Origin: Sarea resinae | Lineage: Eukaryota | NCBI GenBank assembly: GCA_026026165.1 | Contig: JAPEUD010000037.1 | Span: forward strand, 186,001-225,896 | Reading direction: 5' to 3' | Length of the DNA: 39,896 nucleotides | Part shown: in pieces, positions 11,803-24,339 of the stretch | Numbering within the stretch: position 1 is the first letter of the stretch | Layout: each line of letters starts with the position of its first letter | Made by a program: the position numbers and the translations under genes | The notes under the pieces: generated by a model | What the model was told of the DNA's origin: nothing | The model's database searches: none | What the model saw: the letters and a program-made list of their open reading frames with translations, nothing else

Positions 11803-13741
11803 ATGTCAATGGTTCAACCATCGTTACCAGGTGCGTGCCCACCTCGGCGCTTCCCACACCCCCCCAATCATTATGCCCCCCCCCCCATCCATCAGTGTCT
11901 CTCGTTGGCTGTTTCAACGGATGCTGGTATCCCACATGCACTGACTCTGACACTGTAACAGAGAGACGAGCGTCTCCTGGGCTTGCCATCAATTTATCTT
12001 CGAACAATCCCTTTCGAAATCGGGCCGCTTCGCCAGCTGCTTATCAGAGTCTTCCATCTCCTCCAAGTGATGTTTTTGGTAGTACCAGCAAGCCTGCTTC
12101 CCGCAATCCATTTCTAGACGTCTTCGGAGAAGACGACGATCTGAAGCCAGTCCAACCACCATCGCGGCCACCAGCCGGAGACATGTCTCTTCAAGGACCA
12201 CCACCGTACTCGAGCCACAGCGCGTTCACAGGGAATACAGCCGATCTGTTTGTATGTCAGCCTCTCATTTCAGACCTGGATGATAATTGTCTGGGCGTTT
12301 TACGGCGATGGAGCCGGTGTGCCCTTTGAATTCGCGAGTACTAATCTTCCGATCATAGAATAATCTCTCGATACAAGAAAAACCCGTTCAAAATGGTTCG
12401 TATTTGTCACTCTTTTAATCGCAATGCAGTTGCTGACTTGAGTCTTCCAACAGCGAGTATACCACCTCAAGTAGTCCCAAGGGCTGGAGCTTCAATCGGA
12501 GCCCATCGACCTTCAGGGTCTCAAGAGGAGCACCGACTACGAAATGGCAGTCTTCCGAAACCCAGCAGACCAGCGGCTCCCTTAGACATCTTCGCAGACC
12601 CCGTCGACCACTCAAAATCGCGTCGCGAGAGACGGCCCAGACGTAATTCAGATTCCTCTGTCCTGTCAAAGTCAAGCAAGTTGATCGATCTGGATGATGA
12701 CCGCCGACGACGTCACAGAGAGAGAGAGGCTCGACATCGCGACCGAAAGGGTGAAGGTCGATCGCACCATTCCCAAAGATCCAAGAAACCCAACAGACAG
12801 CTCGATGTAATTGACAAGCTGGACGTAACAGGCATCTACGGCCCTGGCTGTTCGTGATCCGCTTTCCATCTTCAGCAATAATGTACGCTAATCCACCATT
12901 CAATCTAGTGTTTCACCACGACGGGCCATTTGACGCTTGCAATCCTCACCGCAACCGCAAGAAGGATCAGCGTGCTCCTATGGAAGCTTTCCCTAAGGGC
13001 TCCGCCAACAATGTCCTCGGTGGCGCTGGGCCAGTCAATAAGACCATCGATATCAATCAATTTCACGGGAGAGGCGCCGAGAGTTTCATGGACTTCTCCG
13101 CTGCTAGGGAAGCGCCCGTTTACGACCCGGGCCCACAAACAGTTCTCGGCCCTGACGATCGGGCAAAGGCTTTCGACTCTAAGGCGGACATCGAAGCTAT
13201 CCACGGAAACGAAAGTCACGGTCTCGGCACCTCTACCTTCCTAGAAGGCGCACCGGCATCTCGCGCGGCGATCCAGCGTCGACAATCCGAGACAGAGGGT
13301 AGCGGCTCGCAAGGAGGTCTCACCAGAAAGAAGTCTCTGGCTCAGAGGATCCGTGGTGGAATTACTCAAAATCGCTCCAATGGGGGCCCCTCTGGGTCAT
13401 TTTCTTCGGAAAACCGTTACGAGTATCGAGGCTCGGGGGCAAACTCTCCGGAGGTGCTCAATACAAATTCTGATACACAGAGTGCTGGTGGAAGACCACG
13501 GTTGAACGAACGGAATCCTTTCTTCAACGACTATGATGATGCCTACGAGAGGAAAGGAGCTAGCATTAAGATCGCGGAAGGAGAACGAGTTGGAAGGGCA
13601 CGGGCACCGAGCTCGCCGAAAGGTTTCCAAAGAAGGGGCACCTCTGAGCATATGGAGGTCGAGCCTAGGTCGACTGGGTTCTTGAGCCGGGTGAAGAGTT
13701 TGAAAGGCGGCCGACGGGCTAGACCCGAGAGGCTTGATTGA
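11803..13741 (+). CDS. Pal1-family cell morphology / endocytic protein, 5 exons
   Basis: Exons 11803-11830, 11962-12251, 12359-12395, 12454-12849, 12909-13741 stay in frame. Pal1 signatures LDVIDKLDVTGIYG-LFHHDGPFDACNPHRN and GLGTSTFLEGAPAS, plus three NPF motifs. Confidence 0.85.
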
Positions 13742-14282
13742 GGGGGTAAATGGCTCACTTTGGCCCGGCCATGTTTGATTGCGCCTGATCAGATACTTCA
13801 CGCTCATTAAGAAATGAATGCATTAGGAGGCGGTCTTTGGATTATGAGCATAATTGGGCGGAGCAGACTCGGTTTTTGTACGAAACGTTCCACACCGCCC
13901 GCATTTATTTTTTGTTATTTTTCAGACGTTCCTTTTTTTTTCTTATCGTTCGGCGTAGGTCTAGGATAGCGTCGTGACTGGCCCTAGAGGTTCAATCCTG
14001 GAGTTATAAGAGACAGGGGATTACAACTAGGAAATCGAAATTGGATGTTCATTCAACCGAATTACAGGTTATCCGAAAAGTCTTTTTTTCTCTCGTAGAC
14101 CACGTGTGACTTGGCGAGATTTGTGTTGTAAAAGCTGAGCGTTGTAATATTCTTGTTGTCCTGGAACGCCTAAAATCCCATGGCTTCCGAACATGTAGTC
14201 GTGACGAGGTCGGAAACTGTTTCATCGGCGAAGAGACAAAAGTGATCTCAGTTCACCTCAGTTCCTTGACATTTGTATCCTC

Positions 14283-15721
14283 ATGCCAGACGCAGCACCT
14301 CCCCTTCTTGCTAGCACCGAATTGAGTGCTAGCAACCTATGGAGAGCAACAACCACATCAGCCGCGCAATCGCGGATCGGCACAGGCTGCAAAGTCATAG
14401 ATCAGCAAGCGCTCAACGGCGGATTCGACTATGGGGATACCGTTGCTATCAGCGGAGCCAAGGGCATGGCTAAGAGCGTGGTATGTCTATCGTGTTACTA
14501 GGATCTCCCAGACAAAGCCAAACCCAGGATGTGAAATCTAAAGTGGCTGGTGTCGTTGATTGCCTATTACTTGAGGGTGCACGGCAGGCAGCTTATGTTG
14601 CAACAGTCAGACTTCACTCGAGTACTTCTAAGATAATACTTTCATTTCCATGTGGACTCTTATTGATTGTTCGTCTCACAGGTTGCCATGCACGTGCTTG
14701 TCAACAGCTTACTAGCAGATGAGGACTCGAATGGCTGTGTCATAGACACAACCGGGTCTTTTGATGTAGTGGCTTTGGCTGAAATTGCTAGACTTAAAGT
14801 TACTGATCGAGGAAGCCAGGATGGGCTTACAGCTCAGGAGACGGCTGGGAGAATCCTGGACCGGGTTCGGATTATGCGAGTCTTTGATTTTGTTGGTGTT
14901 GTTGAGGCCATTGCGGAGTTGAGGAGCTTTCTCGAGAGTATAAGCCTGCCTATGAAAGAGGAGAGTCACAAGACACGAGAGTCTTTCAGGGAGGAGGTCG
15001 CAGATAGTGAGGACGAAGAAGATATGCTCGAAGAGGAAGGTTCGGTCCCTTATATGCCTGAATATTGTGGGAAAAGAGACAATCTATCAATGGTAAGGGC
15101 CGCCAGGAGTGTACTCATCATTGACTCGATAACAAGCGCTGTGTCTCCCGTGATGAACACCAGCTTCGTCCAAGGTACTTAATCCTTGATGCCCTATATT
15201 TCTGACTTTACTTTGGGATTCGTCGAGGTTGACAGGGTACAGCCCAAGGCCTCTTGGCATCATTTCTTCGCTCGCTCCACTACATGGCACGCAAACACAG
15301 CATCTGCGCACTCCTCCTCAACGGCGTCGTTCCTCTTCGTAGGGACAGCCCTTACTCCTCTAACGACCTCCCCCGGAAAAGATACCATCAAGTAGAGCAA
15401 GACTACCATGTGTCCGTCTTTACATCCACTACCGGAAAACCCTCTCTAGGACGAACCTTTACCCATAATCTCGATACACACATCTTTCTGTCCAAAGTTC
15501 CTAAAATGAGAGCGGATGCGGAGGCAGTATTCGGTGGCCACGGTGATGATGAGGGAAAGAGCAGTGCAGAATGGGCTTCAGTGTTTGAGGTCATTTCAGA
15601 CCGGAAGGATGGGAGAACCGGACGGTGGGCTGCATTTACTGCTGTGAGTAATCAGAAACTTGCACGAAATAAAATAGCTAAGAGGCATTAGGAGGGTGTT
15701 GAGTTACGCAATGCTTTCTAG
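14283..15721 (+). CDS. Rad51-paralog-like (RAD51D/XRCC2-type) RecA-fold protein, 4 exons
   Basis: Exons 14283-14480, 14682-15174, 15243-15643, 15692-15721 stay in frame. IGTGCKVID..LNGGF, a degenerate P-loop GAKGMAKS, VIDTTGSF, Walker B LIIDSI and KPSLGRTF. Confidence 0.7.
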
Positions 15722-15858
15722 AGATTTCTAGAACAGCTCGGGCGAAGTACATAGCTTCTGCCATTGATATTACTGATCGAGAAGCGTGAGATAGGAGGAT
15801 CTTCAATTTACAGAGGGGAAGTGTCTATGCGCCTCTAAAGACGACTTGACTTCCGATA

Positions 15859-17373
15859 TCACCACTCTCTAATCCCTCCGTCGATACCGTAAAAGGCTTG
15901 CAACTTCCATGGTTCTGCGGTCTGCGAAACCCTCCTCACCTCTTCTTCGTCAATCTCGATGCCCAATCCCACGCCCGTCAGCGCCTTCACATGGCCGTCC
16001 TCAACCTCAAAAACAGCGGAGTCCTTGATGTAGCTCTTGAGGTCGTACTCTCCTGCCTCGACATTATAATGAATACCAAGTGACATCTCTTGGATGGCGA
16101 AATTCGGTGTTGAGAGATCAACTTGAATACACGCGGCTAGTGCTATGGGCCCCAAAGGGCAATGTGGCGCAATCGGGATGTCGTATGTCTCGGCCATGAC
16201 TGCAATCTTCTTGAGCTCCGATATGCCACCGCAGTGCGAGACATCTGGCTGGAGGACATCAACACTACCATCTTCTAAGAAGCGCTTCACGTCCCATCGG
16301 CTATGTAGCCTTTCGCCAAGTGCAATTGGGGTGCTAGTCAGGCCGGCCAGTTGCTTGATACCTTCTGGATGCTCAGATAGCAGCGGCTCTTCGATGAATA
16401 GCGGTCGGTAGGGTTCCAAAGCTTTCGCCAATTGCTTCGCCATTGGCTTGTGCAGCCGTCCATGAAAATCGAGTGCTGCGTCTAGCCCGAGATCGGTCAC
16501 GGCTTGCAAGCGCTGTACGGAAGAATCAAGAGAACGCGGGGAATCGAGCCAGTCAATGGCATTGGTGGCATTCATCTTAATGGCCCGGAAGCCTTGCGAT
16601 ATACGGACTTTCCTGGGAGTGGAGAAGCGATCTCAGTGGAGGAGTTGGTGTTGAAAACGTGGGAGCTAAGAACATTCTACCAAAAAAAAGGGGCCGATGG
16701 GAGGACCACTTACGCTGCATCTTCGATGTGCGAAGGCTGATCTCCGCCAATCCATGCGTAAACCTTGATCTTATTGCGGACTTTACCTCCGATCATTTGA
16801 TACACCGGGACCTTGAGCTTGCGACCTATGAGTTCTTAGTTCAATTGACTGTGGGAGAGCATTGAGTAGAGAAAGAATGACTTCGTCCTAAGGATGAGAT
16901 GAGTGAAAGAGGAAATGATTTGCAAATAATGCTCTTGCCTATGCTTGTTCTTGGATACAAGATGGTCTGAAAGTACATGACTCAATACGATTTTTAAAAG
17001 CATCAAGGTTAAGTTCAGTATCGCTTTACCTTTGAGATCCCACAGGGCAATATCCAAGCCCGAGATGGCAGACATGAAAACGGGTCCACCTCTATAGAAA
17101 CCTAACCTCCACGACGTCTGCCATAGATGCTCTATGTCGCTGCAAACATCATCAGCAATTCCCCGTGACTGAAATGAGTCGTTTCATTTGGCCTTACTCT
17201 GCCTCGTAGCCGACGAAGCGCTTGATCAGAGCGTTCAAGGTTCCTTCGACGGCTTCCGTGTGGCCTTCCAGGGTGGATTCTCCCCAGCCGTAATTATTCT
17301 CCGCATCAGTGATTTTTACAAAAAGCCAGCGAGGAGGCACGCGGAAGTATTCAATGGAAATGATGGGGGCCAT
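15859..17373 (-). CDS. D-galactonate dehydratase (DgoD-like; mandelate racemase/enolase superfamily), 4 exons
   Basis: Exons 17373-17198, 17139-17030, 16825-16714, 16612-15859 stay in frame. DgoD-type motifs [45 protein letters not shown] and [13 protein letters not shown]. Confidence 0.88.
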
Positions 17374-17486
17374 GTTCTATTGTCTTGGAAATCGGGAAGG
17401 GGCGAAAAGGAAGTATAGATCTAGAGACGAGAGATCTAGGCAATACAGACTGGTAAGGTCTAACAATTCATACGTTCGAATTCTCT

Positions 17487-17512
17487 GATGATGATGATGA
17501 TGATGATGATGA
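17487..17512. repeat. (GAT)8 microsatellite upstream of the dehydratase
   Basis: Read directly from the sequence. Confidence 0.95.
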
Positions 17513-18817
17513 AAAAGAATATCTAATTGAATGCATGGAGAGATGGCAATGACAAAGGAAATTCGAGAAAGAGTTCGTTCTGACGCAAGGAAGATGACGA
17601 AGTGACGGTTAACAGCGGGGCCTAGCTGCGGGGCATCGAGAGAGCAGCAAGCGATGATGGAGAGATCTAAAGAGACGAAGGTCCACTTTGATGATGGTCA
17701 TTCTACAGACGCCAGCCTCGACCCTCCAACCTCGCTGGTATCATAGGGTATTATTGCGAGAGTGAGGCATCGATTAGCAATCAATAGCCTCATTCATAAA
17801 GTGCACATTTAGAATCTAGCAAGCAGTCTCTCTCTGCATGTCTATGTGCTGCTCTGTCACCACCTAACCGTCTGCTTCGCAATTTTTACGGCAGAGAAAT
17901 AGAGCAGAGAATGCTAAGGATTCCTGACAGAGAGAGCGAGCACCTGGAATAGTAGCCCTGGAGAGAAAGGAACGGAAGAATATGGTTAAACGATGATCCC
18001 GAGGTTCTGAATGCGTCCGAGCGAGTTGATTTCGCTTGCAACTAAGAAAGGCATCCAGGTCGTCGACTCGGCCACTTCTCATGCGGTGCGTGATTAAGGC
18101 ATTTGATCGGAAGAATCTGAAGAATTACAGCTTACGGAACAATCATGGAGAGCGTGCCAATTGTTGGTTTGGGATAACGGGTGGACGAATCCGTATAGAC
18201 GTCCCTCTAAGGGTCGCGAGGTGCATTCCTGCCGCCAGAAGCAGCGATTTAGAGTGAGGCCTACGATAGACCGTGTGACGACCTTTTCCTTGTAGATCAA
18301 GCATAAAAGAGCTTCGTTTCTCCGACCCCGGAGCACCGACAAGTAATGTGTAATATTTGTTTAATGCATGATAATATTAATATCTCTGTTATTTTCCATC
18401 CTTGACTATTCCTGTAGACGGCGGTCGTCTTTGTTCATTCCTATTCCTTCTTGATTAACTCTCATCAAAGGCTCGAGCGTCACAGCTACGGCCATTGAAT
18501 CGCCATCCGTATCGTATGTAGCGCCTGGTGCTGCCGCGCCCCCGCTCAGTGCTCAGCGCTCACTGCTCACTACTCGCTGCTCACTACGACCAAACAACTT
18601 CAATGTGGGGTAATCCTTCACGCGCTTCAAACGATTCACTCGAGAATCAAAACAAAGACCGTGTTGCACGACACCCTCGTCTTGAGAATGTTTTGCCGCG
18701 AGACTCGATCGACAGATTCGAGCAACGTCTACATTCCGGGTTATTCGCGCTAACCCTTCAGGTCTTCCCATCGCCAATCCGGCTGAGGGCATACCAAGCC
18801 ATCGCCGGATCTGAGCA

Positions 18818-21015
18818 ATGCCTCCAGTAAACTCACCTCTGGTAGGTCTCCCATTGTCATTTGCATTCTGCTGCGAACAGCTTCACAGCTTCAGATTGTG
18901 TTGACACAGTGAACAGGAAACACCGCCCATTCCTACTCCAGATCCTTCGTCATATCTCTCCCCGCTGAGCCCGTTGGACACTCCCGTTCTCGACCTTGCC
19001 TCGACTCTTACCACCCAGGCCGAAGATGACGCTGACGAAGACAATGTTCGTTTCCTCCGCGCACCTTCCGATGATGAACAGGAAGAGCACCAATCCGTCG
19101 GAGGCGTTTTCGGCGGACAAAGGTCAACGAGACAAAGGCCTCACTCGATAATCGCCGAACTTGAGCGTGTAGGTGAGGAAAATCAGCGTCGGATACGAAG
19201 AGCTGCAGCTGAACGTCGACGATATACACCCGAACGGATGCGAGCAGTGGGGGAGCTAGCTTTTTCGGCCTATGGAGATCGAATACCGAATCAGCAGCAG
19301 GTGTACGATTGGGCGCCTGCCAGTTCAGAGGACGACGAAGACGATCCGGCAAGTCGCCTGCGAGCGCTTGCCCGTCTTGTGCCTGTGTCGGATCTCGATA
19401 GTCTGCGGTCTGCCAGCTCAAATAGGGTGAACTTGGGACACGGGAGAGGTGGCGCGGCAAGAGTATCTTCGATACCCTCCAGGATACCGGAACCACCGAT
19501 ATATTCCAACACCGAGTCTTCGCTGAGGACGGCCGCTCTTCTGCAATCAGTGCGTCGACATCCACGATTCTCTGCACGATCGAGAGACCGACTACAAAAT
19601 TACATTCTGGAACGAGAGCGGACTGGACACGATGTTGAAGAGCGGGATCGAGGTAGCTCGTCAAGGGCATTACGGCAACAGAATTCGGCCAGCCAGGCAG
19701 GCAGCGAGAACATCAATCGACAGAGTAACATACGGGCGAGAGTTGACGCATATCGAGCACGTTATCTTTCCGATCCGGTTCCAGGCTCGGCCAGCTCCCG
19801 TTACCTCGAAGAAGCTATCAAATATCTGGAGCGTCTACGCTTTTCTAGCTCCTACGAAGAAAGTCTTTCTTCGGCAGCCGCCGGCGGCTTTGTGCGAAGC
19901 GAATTCTTTGCTGATAACCACGAAGACTTCATCCTCGACACCGCTAGCATCGGCGCCCCTGCAGAAAGCTCCTGGCTCAAAGTCGGCGGCGTCTTCTCAG
20001 GATCGCAACATGCCGCGCCTCTCAGCGCAAGCCAGCTATATCGCCTACAAAACACCAGCTTCATCGATACGCGTATACGAGACGCCCTCTTGGTCAATAC
20101 AGGTGGTCCCTTGATCGTGGATGGCAGTGCGCCAGCGAGAGGGGGTGCACCACCGAGAAGACCAATACCGTTTCAAGCCCCAGCAGCACGCGCAGTACCC
20201 AATAGCGAAGAGAAATGGCCCGTTAAAGTTACAATAAGCGGCGTCGACTATGATACTATGACGTTGACCGGCACAATGGAAGCATTCAACGTGCCGGACA
20301 AATCCTCGAAGACGGGTGAGACGTCCATCGTCACGTTCTTGGAGGGCGAAATCATTGATTTCAATGCCTACACGCTCGAGACTAAAAGTTTCAAATCGGA
20401 TCCCAAGATCGATGGCACATACTGGCGGCAGCTGGAGCCGTTTAAGAATCTAACCGATGATGAGATGGTAAGGAACCTGGTTAGCAAGAAGTGGCTGACG
20501 GATGAGTTGGCGAGGAAGTGGATCTTGATGAGGTGGAAGGGTGCGTCTTTCCCCCGCTTTCCAAGACACAATCCCCTCTTCCCACATTATCGTGGGGCTC
20601 GAAATTTGCGTATAATACTGCGGTGTCGCGAACTTCTGAGACCCTGCGATACTTACCACCCTACCCATTACCCCTCCCTTTGCATCATTTACCCATGCTT
20701 GTCACCTACTCATCTCTCTTTTTATTCAATATTAACATTCCTACCGTCTCCTGCTCACCTCACCTCACCTCACCTCATCTTTTCTCGTCTCACAGCCTCA
20801 CAAGCTAACGCATGGTCCTCACATCAGAGAAATGCTTCATCACGCCCTCCACCTCCAACCGCTCAGGCCTCACGATATCAGGCTTCTACTACGTCTCGCT
20901 CCGACGCGACACGGGCGCCATCGAGGGCCTATACTTCGACCCTAGTAGCTCGCCGTACCAGCACCTCACCCTGACACCCGAGAAGAGAGTATTTCCGACC
21001 TATGAATTTCGGTAG
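18818..21015 (+). CDS. Vid24/GID4-family (vacuolar import and degradation domain) protein with a long N-terminal extension, 3 exons
   Basis: Exons 18818-18841, 18917-20540, 20828-21015 stay in frame. C-terminal motifs WLKVGGVFSGSQ, WPVKVTI, LEGEIIDF, WILMRWKEKCF and GLTISGFYYVSLRR..G.IEGLYFDPSSSPYQ. Confidence 0.85.
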
Positions 21016-22327
21016 TTCGTGTTTTCTTTTCCTGGGGTGGGTCAATCAAGTCACATCTGGGTTTGGCTGAGTTGGTTGCTTGGGTCCATTGCCGTTGTAC
21101 GTCAGATCGTTTCCGATTCGGCTCGATTGTCGACCTCCTAAATTCTTCCGCAGATATTTTAATGCGACTGGGTTCGTGGTTAGGCACGGCGTCCGTGGGC
21201 GTTCTTTCTCGTCTTCATACATACATACAACTTCGGTATCGTAATGCTGGGCATGGGCGTGGACATGGAAGTGGCGTGCCGGCTATCTCTTCACCGAGTA
21301 CACTGGCTCCTCCCGTGTCGGCTCGTCTGGGTGGCTGGATGAAAGGGCGGGGAGCGTCAGCGATATGTGAGCTGTCAAACAGGCGGCCTGACCGGGCGGG
21401 TCCAAAAGCAAAAGCAAAAGCGAAACAATTTTCTCCCAGCGGGCTATTTCTTGACTGATTACGCCGGTTGGGTGGGGTTTTCCATCCGTTCGTTTGAGGA
21501 GATCATCATTATCATCCTCGGTGGGGCTGTGGCTGTGGCTGTGGCTGCAGTAGGTGCGGGACGGGGCCGCGACAAAGTACGGGCATATCGTACACATGAG
21601 CGGGAAGAACTGGACATGGAATTGGCAAGGGGGAGGGAAAAGGGAGGGAGGGAGAGGGAGGGAGTATTTATCTTTCCCTTCTCTCTCCTCTTCTTTTCTT
21701 TTCCTTCTTTGTACGCATACCGCGTCCGTCCGACCTTCCGCCTGCATGGCCCGTCAGCTCCTCTAAGCAGCGATGATGATGGTGATGGCGATGATGGCAT
21801 AGCAGTATGCGAGAGAGAGAGAGCGAGAGCGAGAGCGAGAGGTGGGGGGAAGGGAGGCGGAACTCTCTGATTGTCTATTTACATGTGCATAGCGCAGGAA
21901 GGGGGAGCGAAGAGCGGGGAGTGGCGGGAGGAAGATGTATCTATTCTATTCTATTTTATCTTATTCTATTTTAGCATATCTGATTATATCTGATCTTGTC
22001 ATGTGGTATCGTGTCGTGTAAAGCTTCGCATGTGCGTGTATGTGTATGTGTATGTGTGGTATCTATTATTTCTCTGCCACTGCGTCCCTGGTTTTCTTCT
22101 TTTTTGGGCGGGCGAGGGCCTTGGCTGTGGGTGTAGAGAGAGACTGTGTGGAGAGGCTGTGTTTAGGAGGGTGTGGAAAGTAGATATGAAGATGTATAGG
22201 GAGAGAGGAAGAGAGCGAAAGAGAAACAAAGAGAGAGGGAGGGAGACGTGCGAGAGAGAAAGCGCCATGTCCCTTCGTCTTCCTCTTTCTCCTTCTCCTT
22301 TCTCTTTACCCCCCCGCCCCCCAAACT

Positions 22328-23635
22328 CTACCGCCTCTTCAAAACACAAACGACGCACCACGCCCTCGCGCCCTCCTTGCCCCCCTCGCCCTCCCGCTCC
22401 GCCCGCCATGCCCGCCGTCGTCCATCCACCGCCTGTTCCCAGAGACGCTCGATCGAGAATATCGGGCCGCTGCCATTTCTACCACCACTTCTACCACCAC
22501 TTCTACCACCGCGTGCTTCCTCCCCTTTACCATCTCCATCATCCCCTCCTACCATCTCCATCTCCTCCGCCGTGCGCAAAAACGCCGCCACTACGTCCCG
22601 GCCGGTGTGGAAGCCCGCGATGATGACGGCGCGGGCCTCGGCGGAGAAGGAGAGGTAGTGCGATATCGAGCGCAGGAGGAGGGCGTGGGTTGGGGGTTGC
22701 CAGAGCACGTCGGTTGCGTAGATGATGTCGTAGGGTTGGGTGGGGGGGCTGGGCGGGAGGAGAGGGATAGGGGTGGGTTGGGTTTCTGGGGGAGGGTGGG
22801 GTTGCTTTGGTGTCGTGATGGTAGTGGTGGGCGTTGTCGTCGTTGTTGGCGGTGGGGGAGCGGTTTGTGTTTCTGTCCGCTGTTGCCTCTCGTCCTTCTC
22901 CTCCTTTTCTTCTGTAGGAGTGACACTATCCCCAAACTCCCCCCAGCAATGTCCCCGGACCTCCACATCTACGTCGCCCAGAACCATACCCTCGCGAGCC
23001 ACAGCCGAAACGTTCCGATCCACGTTAGCCTTGATGTTCGCCAGGATCTCGGGCGCGGGATAGTCGGTGATGGTGACCTTGGCGGCGCCCGCGAGCGCGC
23101 ACACGATGCCCGAGAGTCCGTTGCCCGCGCCGAGCTCTAGGACCCGTTTGTGCGCGACGCAGAAGACGTCCTCGCCGCCGCTTTGGTGGACGCCGCCGTT
23201 GTCGTCGTGGTTGTCGTCGTCGCTGTCTTGTTCCCCAGCTTTCTCCACGCTGGCCACTTTTCCCATCCCATCGCTTTCATGCGGCCTCGTCTCTGGCTCT
23301 GGCTCTACCCCGCGCCGGTCACGACGCCGCCGACGACGCACATACCATCCCCCGGCACCCTTACCCTCGTCCTCGACAAACGCAGCCAGCCACACGCCAG
23401 CATTCCAGACATACTGGGCGAACAGGCCGCGGCTCTGGGCACCGGCGGGGACGGGCAGGCGGATGTCGAGGTCGCCAAAGCGCGGCGAGCGGTACAGGAT
23501 GCCCGTGCCCGGGTCGCCGTGCTGGTTGGGCGCGTCGTTGGGGAAGAGCAGCGCCAGCGATGACGAGAAGATGTCGATGTCTTCCTGTGCGCTCGAGGAC
23601 GACGGGTGCGGGTGGATGCGGTGCGTGAGGAGCAT
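22328..23635 (-). CDS. Nnt1/Efm7-like (Methyltransf_16 family) SAM-dependent methyltransferase, apparently intronless, with low-complexity insertions
   Basis: 435-aa ORF with LFAQYVWNAG, VLELGAGNGL (motif I), ITDYP, GHCWG, DIIYATDVLW and AGFHTGR. Confidence 0.8.
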   Translation of the reverse strand: MLLTHRIHPHPSSSSAQEDIDIFSSSLALLFPNDAPNQHGDPGTGILYRSPRFGDLDIRLPVPAGAQSRGLFAQYVWNAGVWLAAFVEDEGKGAGGWYVRRRRRRDRRGVEPEPETRPHESDGMGKVASVEKAGEQDSDDDNHDDNGGVHQSGGEDVFCVAHKRVLELGAGNGLSGIVCALAGAAKVTITDYPAPEILANIKANVDRNVSAVAREGMVLGDVDVEVRGHCWGEFGDSVTPTEEKEEKDERQQRTETQTAPPPPTTTTTPTTTITTPKQPHPPPETQPTPIPLLPPSPPTQPYDIIYATDVLWQPPTHALLLRSISHYLSFSAEARAVIIAGFHTGRDVVAAFLRTAEEMEMVGGDDGDGKGEEARGGRSGGRSGGRNGSGPIFSIERLWEQAVDGRRRAWRAEREGEGGKEGARAWCVVCVLKRR

Positions 23636-24339
23636 TGGCTTTGTTTTCTTTCGTGATGTGCCGTGCCGTGTTCGGCGCGCGGTTGGCTACGGTGTCTTTG
23701 CGCTTTCGATGGGATGAAAAAGCCCGTGGATGTGAGAGGGTGGAGAGGTAGACTCGATGCTGATTTTGTTTTCCCCAGCGAGAAGAGAATTGGCCCTCAA
23801 TGGTGTTATGTCGAGGCGGATATAGAGTAAGATCTCAATTAGCAGTGACGAACTTTGCTTGCTGCGCTGTGTTGTGTTCGCAATATTAATGTTGTAGTGG
23901 GGTGGGGTGTTTTTGGCGGGGTGTTTGCATCGTTTGCTCGCGAGACGCTCTTATCGGGTTCCGGGGGGCCTCTCCTGGGTAGGCCTACATGCTTAGTAGG
24001 GCCTCTAGATCTGATGATGCACTTGATAACACGAACCTCATCCAAGACAGGAGTCTGATAGTAATGTGTTTGATGTATCCACTTGAGGATTTCCTTGAGG
24101 ATATATGAAACATTATAGTATATATTTCTGAATCAAAGCATCTATCTAGCCATTCGTATATTAAATCTCAATCTGGTATCTACTTGCTCTGGTCTCCGGG
24201 TACCAAGAGGCCTCCCATAGACCATCACGGATTGCTAGATGGCAAGGAGTAACAATATGACGAGACTGAAAGAAAAGCACACTCAACCCCCACCTAGCGA
24301 CTCAAGTTCCCTCGACCCAGAAGACACAACAGAACGCAA

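Noticed and set aside
13950..14005. GGTTCAATCC resembling a tRNA T-arm
   Set aside because: The loop length is wrong and I could not build a cloverleaf.
15859..17373. Recent horizontal transfer of a bacterial-like dgoD
   Set aside because: The gene has three normal spliceosomal introns and ordinary composition, and DgoD-like genes occur in other fungi; nothing here indicates a recent transfer.
21063..22320. Several 70-200 aa ORFs between the Vid24-like and Nnt1-like genes
   Set aside because: They are products of GA/GT/CT simple repeats in convergent 3' regions and have no domain-like sequence.
22003..23717. Long + strand ORFs overlapping the methyltransferase
   Set aside because: Antisense shadows of a GC-rich coding region.
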